Below the pieces are notes generated by a model. That model was not told the origin of the DNA, ran no database searches, and was given only the letters and a program-made list of their open reading frames with translations. Shown piece after piece: positions 27,782-32,000 of a stretch of DNA of 32,000 nt; the first letter of the stretch is position 1, and the number at the start of each line of letters is the position of its first letter. The position numbers were made by a program, and so were the translations under genes. Origin of the DNA: Candidatus Electronema halotolerans (GTDB lineage Bacteria > Desulfobacterota > Desulfobulbia > Desulfobulbales > Desulfobulbaceae); the NCBI GenBank assembly GCA_942493095.1, contig OW818675.1, positions 690,001-722,000 on the forward strand, written 5' to 3'.

Positions 27782-29836
27782 TCATTGACTGGACTGCTCC
27801 GGGGCAGGCGCCTCTGGAATGGTGATCAGCAGCCAGGCCCCTTCATTTTCGCGTCCGTCCATGCTCACGGTGCAGTTCATGGCAGTGAGCATTTTCCGCA
27901 CAATGGTCAGGCCCAAGCCGGTGCCGTTGATTCTGGTGGTGAAAAAAGGCGTGAAGAGCTTCTTCTTGGTCTGTGGGCTGATGCCGCAGCCATTGTCCTG
28001 AAAGCGGAGCTGAATGAAGTTCCGTCTTTTGCGGGTCAGATACATGAACATGGCTGGATTCTTCTGTTTTTTCAAGGCATGGATTGAATTGGCGAGCAGA
28101 TTGAGCAGGACCTGATGCAATGCCCGCTCGTCAATCAGGCCATAGATCGGCGCGCCGACAGCGATCACGTCAAACTGGATGCCCTGCTGCCGCAGTTCCG
28201 GCTCATGCAGCCGCTGAAACCGCTCTAGAAAGGCGGCCAGCTCCACCGGGACAAGCTGCTGCTCCTCCAGCTGATTGAAGTTTTTCAGGGAATAGAGCAG
28301 ATACTCCATCCGTCCGATCTCTCCCATTGCCCGGTCAAGAAATTCTTTGATCTTGTCCGGGCTGAGACTGCCAACCTGCCGCCGCAGCACACTGAGGGCC
28401 ATTTTCAGCGAATTGAGCGGATTGCCCAGCTCATGGCGGATGCCGGCAAAGACAAAGCCGACATTTTCCATCAAATTGGCGGCCTCGGCAATAGCCTCCA
28501 GCCGTTTCTTCTCAGTCTGGTCATGTTTGATGATGCAGAAACTGCCTGCTTGGCCCTGTGTCCCTTGAACCGGCACCACGGTCACGGCCTCATCATAGAG
28601 CGTGTCGTCCTTGTGACGGCTGCGCATAGCGCCGCGCCATTCTCCATGCAGCCGCGCCTGGTCCAGCATTTCCGCGCAGTTGGTCCGGCCCGGCTCTTCA
28701 AACTGAATTTCGCTCAAGTTCAGTCCGGCCAGTTCTTCCGGCTGCCAGCCAGTCACTTTGCCGCTGGCCGGATTGGCATAAAAAATGCAGCCGTCCTCAT
28801 CGGTCATGAGAACGCAGTCGGCAAAATGACTGATCGCGGCGGCCAGCCGCAGCCGCTCGCCTGATTCAAAGTTCCGCTGCATGGCCGCGCCAATAATATC
28901 TGCGGAAATCATCATGGCCCGGACTAAGGAGCTATCCCAAGACCGTCTGCTCAGGCTGTCAAAGCCGAGACAGCCATGCAGCCTCTGATCGACATAGAGC
29001 GGCAGAATCAGACAGGAGCGGATCTGATGCTGGGCCAAAGTGCTGATCATGGTCTCAGGCAGACTGCTGTCCAAGCCGCTGATGAGCGGCTGTCCGGCCT
29101 TGAGCAACGCGGTCGGCCAGCGCCAGGAAGCGAGCAGGTCAATGCTGGGGCGGCCCGGCGCATATCCTTTCCGCGCCCAGCGAAAATCTTGCCGCTTGAC
29201 CTGACTGTCAGCAAAGATGCGCAGATAGACATGATCGCAGTTGGCGGCTTGGCCAAGCTGGCCGAGCACCGCGTCAATGATGTTCTGCCAATGGCTGGTC
29301 TGGAGAAAGGACTTGGCCACGCAGTTGACAGCGCAGAGAACCTGATCGCGCTGGAGCAGGTTGCGGCGCACCTGCTCCTGAATGATCAGCGATTCTTTCA
29401 GGCGTTGGTTGGCAGCGGCCAGCTCATCAGCCTTGAGCTGCAGATGTTCTTTGGCCGCACTGACTTGGAGAATGTTTTCCACCCGGACGCAGAGCCGCGC
29501 CCGGCTGATCGGCTTGCGGAGAAAATCTGCCGCGCCCTCGCCAAAACTGCGCAGCTCGGTGTCATCCTCCTCCGCCGCAGTGAGAAAAATCACTGGAATG
29601 CTGCTGGTCGCGGCATCGCCCTTCAGCTCGCGGCAGATTGTAAAGCCGGAAATATCCGGCAGGTTGATGTCCAAAAGAATCAGGTCCGGCTGTTCTGTTC
29701 TGGCCCGGCCAAGCCCGACCTGTCCAGTCGCCGCCTCCAAGACGCTGTGCCCCTCCTGTTCCAGGACCTGCCGCAGCAGGACCAGAATGGCAGGTTCGTC
29801 GTCAACAGCAAGAATGCAGGCTGGGCCGGTTTTCAT
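27782..29836 (-). CDS. REC-GAF-PAS sensor histidine kinase
   Basis: ILAVDDEPAILVLLRQVL...LILLDINLPDISG receiver; PAS-like NPASGKVTGW; H-box FAGIRHELGNPLNSL; N/G boxes NLLANSIHAL, FQDNGCGI, GTGLGLTIV. Confidence 0.93.
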   Translation of the reverse strand: MKTGPACILAVDDEPAILVLLRQVLEQEGHSVLEAATGQVGLGRARTEQPDLILLDINLPDISGFTICRELKGDAATSSIPVIFLTAAEEDDTELRSFGEGAADFLRKPISRARLCVRVENILQVSAAKEHLQLKADELAAANQRLKESLIIQEQVRRNLLQRDQVLCAVNCVAKSFLQTSHWQNIIDAVLGQLGQAANCDHVYLRIFADSQVKRQDFRWARKGYAPGRPSIDLLASWRWPTALLKAGQPLISGLDSSLPETMISTLAQHQIRSCLILPLYVDQRLHGCLGFDSLSRRSWDSSLVRAMMISADIIGAAMQRNFESGERLRLAAAISHFADCVLMTDEDGCIFYANPASGKVTGWQPEELAGLNLSEIQFEEPGRTNCAEMLDQARLHGEWRGAMRSRHKDDTLYDEAVTVVPVQGTQGQAGSFCIIKHDQTEKKRLEAIAEAANLMENVGFVFAGIRHELGNPLNSLKMALSVLRRQVGSLSPDKIKEFLDRAMGEIGRMEYLLYSLKNFNQLEEQQLVPVELAAFLERFQRLHEPELRQQGIQFDVIAVGAPIYGLIDERALHQVLLNLLANSIHALKKQKNPAMFMYLTRKRRNFIQLRFQDNGCGISPQTKKKLFTPFFTTRINGTGLGLTIVRKMLTAMNCTVSMDGRENEGAWLLITIPEAPAPEQSSQ

Positions 29837-30139
29837 GAGAACTGTTGGTTGTCCGCGCAGCAGTCGCGGCACTCCTGATCTGCTGTTTTGGACAGATTTC
29901 TGTTTATTTTGCCAAGACAGGCTGCTAACATGAGACGCATGAAGATGCAGGAAGGCTGTCTTGCTCCGCAGGCAATTCCGCGCCACAAAAGTCTGCGGAT
30001 TGCTGATCAGCTTGAAAAAAATACTATAACCGCCGTTGCCGACAAAGACAATGCCGCATGCACCGGCCTTGCCGACTCTGACATCAACAGCGCATGTCGG
30101 CTTTCTGCCGCCAGCGGCGCGGCAGGGGAAGAGCCGCAG

Positions 30140-31297
30140 ATGACCATGAAGCAGGTGATGATTGTTGACGATGAGCCGGAGCTGCTTCTCAGCATCCGTT
30201 CCGGCTTTGAAAACAATCAGTGTTTTCAGGTTGTCACCGCAGAGAACGGCAGGGATGCCCTTGACATTCTCGAACGCGGCTCAGTTGATCTGGCTGTCAT
30301 TGATCTGCGGATGCCGGTCATGGACGGCATTGAGCTGCTCTCGATCATGAACGAGTCCTTCCCTGAGGTGCCGCATCTTGTCATGACCGCCTTTGGCACG
30401 CCGATGATCGAAAAGCAGCTCAAAAAGGCGGGCGCGCTCAATGTGCTGGAAAAGCCTTTTGATATTGATGTGCTCGAAGAGGCGATCTGCAAGGCATTGG
30501 CTGAGAATAAGGAGCGGAGCAGCAGCCTGTCCGGCCTCTCGCTCGCCAGCCTGCTCCAGCTTGTGGCGATGGAGCAGAAAACCCTGCACATCAAGGTCTT
30601 TCATCCGGCAGGCAAGAACGGCAGCCTTTTTTTCCGCGAAGGCACGCTGATTGATGCGGAACAGGACGAGCTGGGCGGCGATGAGGCGGTGTTGGAGATG
30701 CTGCGCTGGGACAAGGTCAGGGTGGGGATGAAGGAATTTTCCGATCCTCCCTCCTCCTCAAGAATGCAGTCGCAGCTCATGGCGCTGCTCTTCACGGCGG
30801 CCCAGCGCGAGGACGACTGCTGCGGGGAGGACAGCTGCGAATGCTCTTTGGAGGCGGCCAAGCAGGAGCTGGCGCGGATCACAGAACAACAACATCAACC
30901 AAGGTCTCGGAACAGCGGAGGAGGAATCATGGGCATTAAGGAAGTGCTGAAGAAAATGGCGGATGAACTGGACGGGGTGCTGGCGATTCAGGTGACTGGC
31001 ATGGACGGCATCAACCTTGCCCTGCACAATCCCACTGGCACGGATGTGGAGGCGTTTTCAGCCAAGTTTGCCATGGTGCTCAAGCTGGTGGAGAAATCCG
31101 TGGATTCGCTCAAAGGCATGGGCGAGCTGGAGGAGAATCTGGTCCAGACCAAGAATGCCTGGATTCTGAGCCGTTTCATCACGCCGCAGTATTATATCGG
31201 CATTGCGGTCAGCCGGGAAAGCACCCTCGGCAATGTGCGGCTGGTCGGTCAGCGATACATTGCCCAGCTCCGCAAGCTGCTGGCCGCGCCGGAGTGA
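30140..31297 (+). CDS. Response regulator with DUF4388/PATAN-like and C-terminal Roadblock/LC7-like domains
   Basis: MTMKQVMIVDDEPELLLSIRS...LAVIDLRMPVMDG receiver; LSLASLLQLVAMEQKTLHIKV...GSLFFREGTLIDAEQ...GDEAVLEMLRW PATAN-like; C-terminal LKKMADELDGVLAIQVTGMDGINLALHNP...FSAKFAMVLKLVEKSV. Confidence 0.78.
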   Translation: MTMKQVMIVDDEPELLLSIRSGFENNQCFQVVTAENGRDALDILERGSVDLAVIDLRMPVMDGIELLSIMNESFPEVPHLVMTAFGTPMIEKQLKKAGALNVLEKPFDIDVLEEAICKALAENKERSSSLSGLSLASLLQLVAMEQKTLHIKVFHPAGKNGSLFFREGTLIDAEQDELGGDEAVLEMLRWDKVRVGMKEFSDPPSSSRMQSQLMALLFTAAQREDDCCGEDSCECSLEAAKQELARITEQQHQPRSRNSGGGIMGIKEVLKKMADELDGVLAIQVTGMDGINLALHNPTGTDVEAFSAKFAMVLKLVEKSVDSLKGMGELEENLVQTKNAWILSRFITPQYYIGIAVSRESTLGNVRLVGQRYIAQLRKLLAAPE

Positions 31298-31324
31298 GGC
31301 TGAACGGCACCCTCAGCCGATTGT

Positions 31325-32000
31325 TCAGCAGCCAGTTTCCGCACCACATCCTGTGCAGCACCTCTTGCTGCCGCAATGCACCAGATATTCCTGCACGGCG
31401 GCAGCACTCATGAGTGAAGCAGGCAAAGCCGCACATAAGACCGCAGCATCCTTGCCCTCCTCCAAGCTGCCGAGCTGCCGCTCCAAACCAAGAGCCATTG
31501 CCCCGCCCAGCGTCGCCATCCGCACAATGTCTGCCGGATCAACGCTGGGATGCGCTTCAGCCAGCAGGCGCATTTCCCGCCAGAGGGACAGCTCCGGGTT
31601 GCTGGTCAGGCTGTCTGTGCCGAGCGCGGGCAGCATTCCCTGCCGCAGCAGGCGGCCCGCCGGAGCCATGCCCAAGCCCAGATACGCATTGCTGCCCGGA
31701 CAGAGGCAGACTTTGGCCTCAGCCGCTGCCAGCAGAGCAATTTCCTCCTCAGTCAGATGCAGACAGTGGACACAGAGCGTCCTGCTGTCCAAGAGGCCGT
31801 GCTGATGCAGATAGGTCACGGCCCCGCCTTCTCTGCCCAAGGGCTGGAAGGTGCCGTCCCACACCCCGTGCTCTTCAAGAAAGACCCGCATCTCACCGCT
31901 GCCAGTGCGCAGCAGCTCGATCTCTGCGGCTGATTCAGCGGTATGAATCGGAAAGACATGGCCGAGCCGGGCAGCCCGCGCTTTCAGGCTGCGCAGCAGG
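31325..32000 (-). CDS. Amidohydrolase (cytosine/adenosine deaminase-like), 5' end outside the window
   Basis: HQHGLLDSRTLCVHCLHLTEEEIALLAAAEAKVCLCPGSNAYLGLGMAPAGRLLRQGMLPALGTDSLTSNPELSLWREM. The frame stays open to the window edge. Confidence 0.87.
   Translation of the reverse strand, partial: LLRSLKARAARLGHVFPIHTAESAAEIELLRTGSGEMRVFLEEHGVWDGTFQPLGREGGAVTYLHQHGLLDSRTLCVHCLHLTEEEIALLAAAEAKVCLCPGSNAYLGLGMAPAGRLLRQGMLPALGTDSLTSNPELSLWREMRLLAEAHPSVDPADIVRMATLGGAMALGLERQLGSLEEGKDAAVLCAALPASLMSAAAVQEYLVHCGSKRCCTGCGAETGC

Overview
This 32-kb bacterial window has two parts. Roughly 1-8.2 kb is accessory, decay-rich DNA. It holds (i) an IS5-like transposase gene (+) interrupted by a complete IS4-like element (-) with 19-bp terminal inverted repeats and an apparent 10-bp target duplication; (ii) a frameshifted IS1-superfamily-like transposase; (iii) a dense cluster of about six type II toxin-antitoxin (TA) modules: a truncated RelE-like toxin with antitoxin, YoeB/YefM x2, Phd/PIN, BrnT-like with a partner, and PIN/RHH; (iv) a REP-associated tyrosine transposase (RAYT) gene with an in-frame nonsense codon, near 28-30 bp perfect palindromes; (v) four copies of a ~75-bp repeat that encodes an antitoxin C-terminal tail (ADRAAFRSILDKVPERAPLPGDEI) in one locus and carries a small hairpin; and (vi) two MITE-like inverted-repeat elements, one of which splits a vapC-like gene at a TA dinucleotide. 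From about 8.2 kb on the window is a housekeeping/regulatory backbone: MltG, Lon, a left-handed beta-helix acyltransferase-like protein, ClpB, formate-THF ligase, a PLP decarboxylase, succinate-semialdehyde dehydrogenase, a secreted collagen-like protein (104 uninterrupted Gly-X-Y triplets between two related domains), a DUF3365-like CxxCH/HAMP membrane protein, a NUDIX hydrolase, a frameshift-split RlmKL, a REC-GAF-PAS histidine kinase, a REC-PATAN-Roadblock-like regulator and an amidohydrolase running off the end. Family calls come from recognising conserved motifs by eye; no database search was run.
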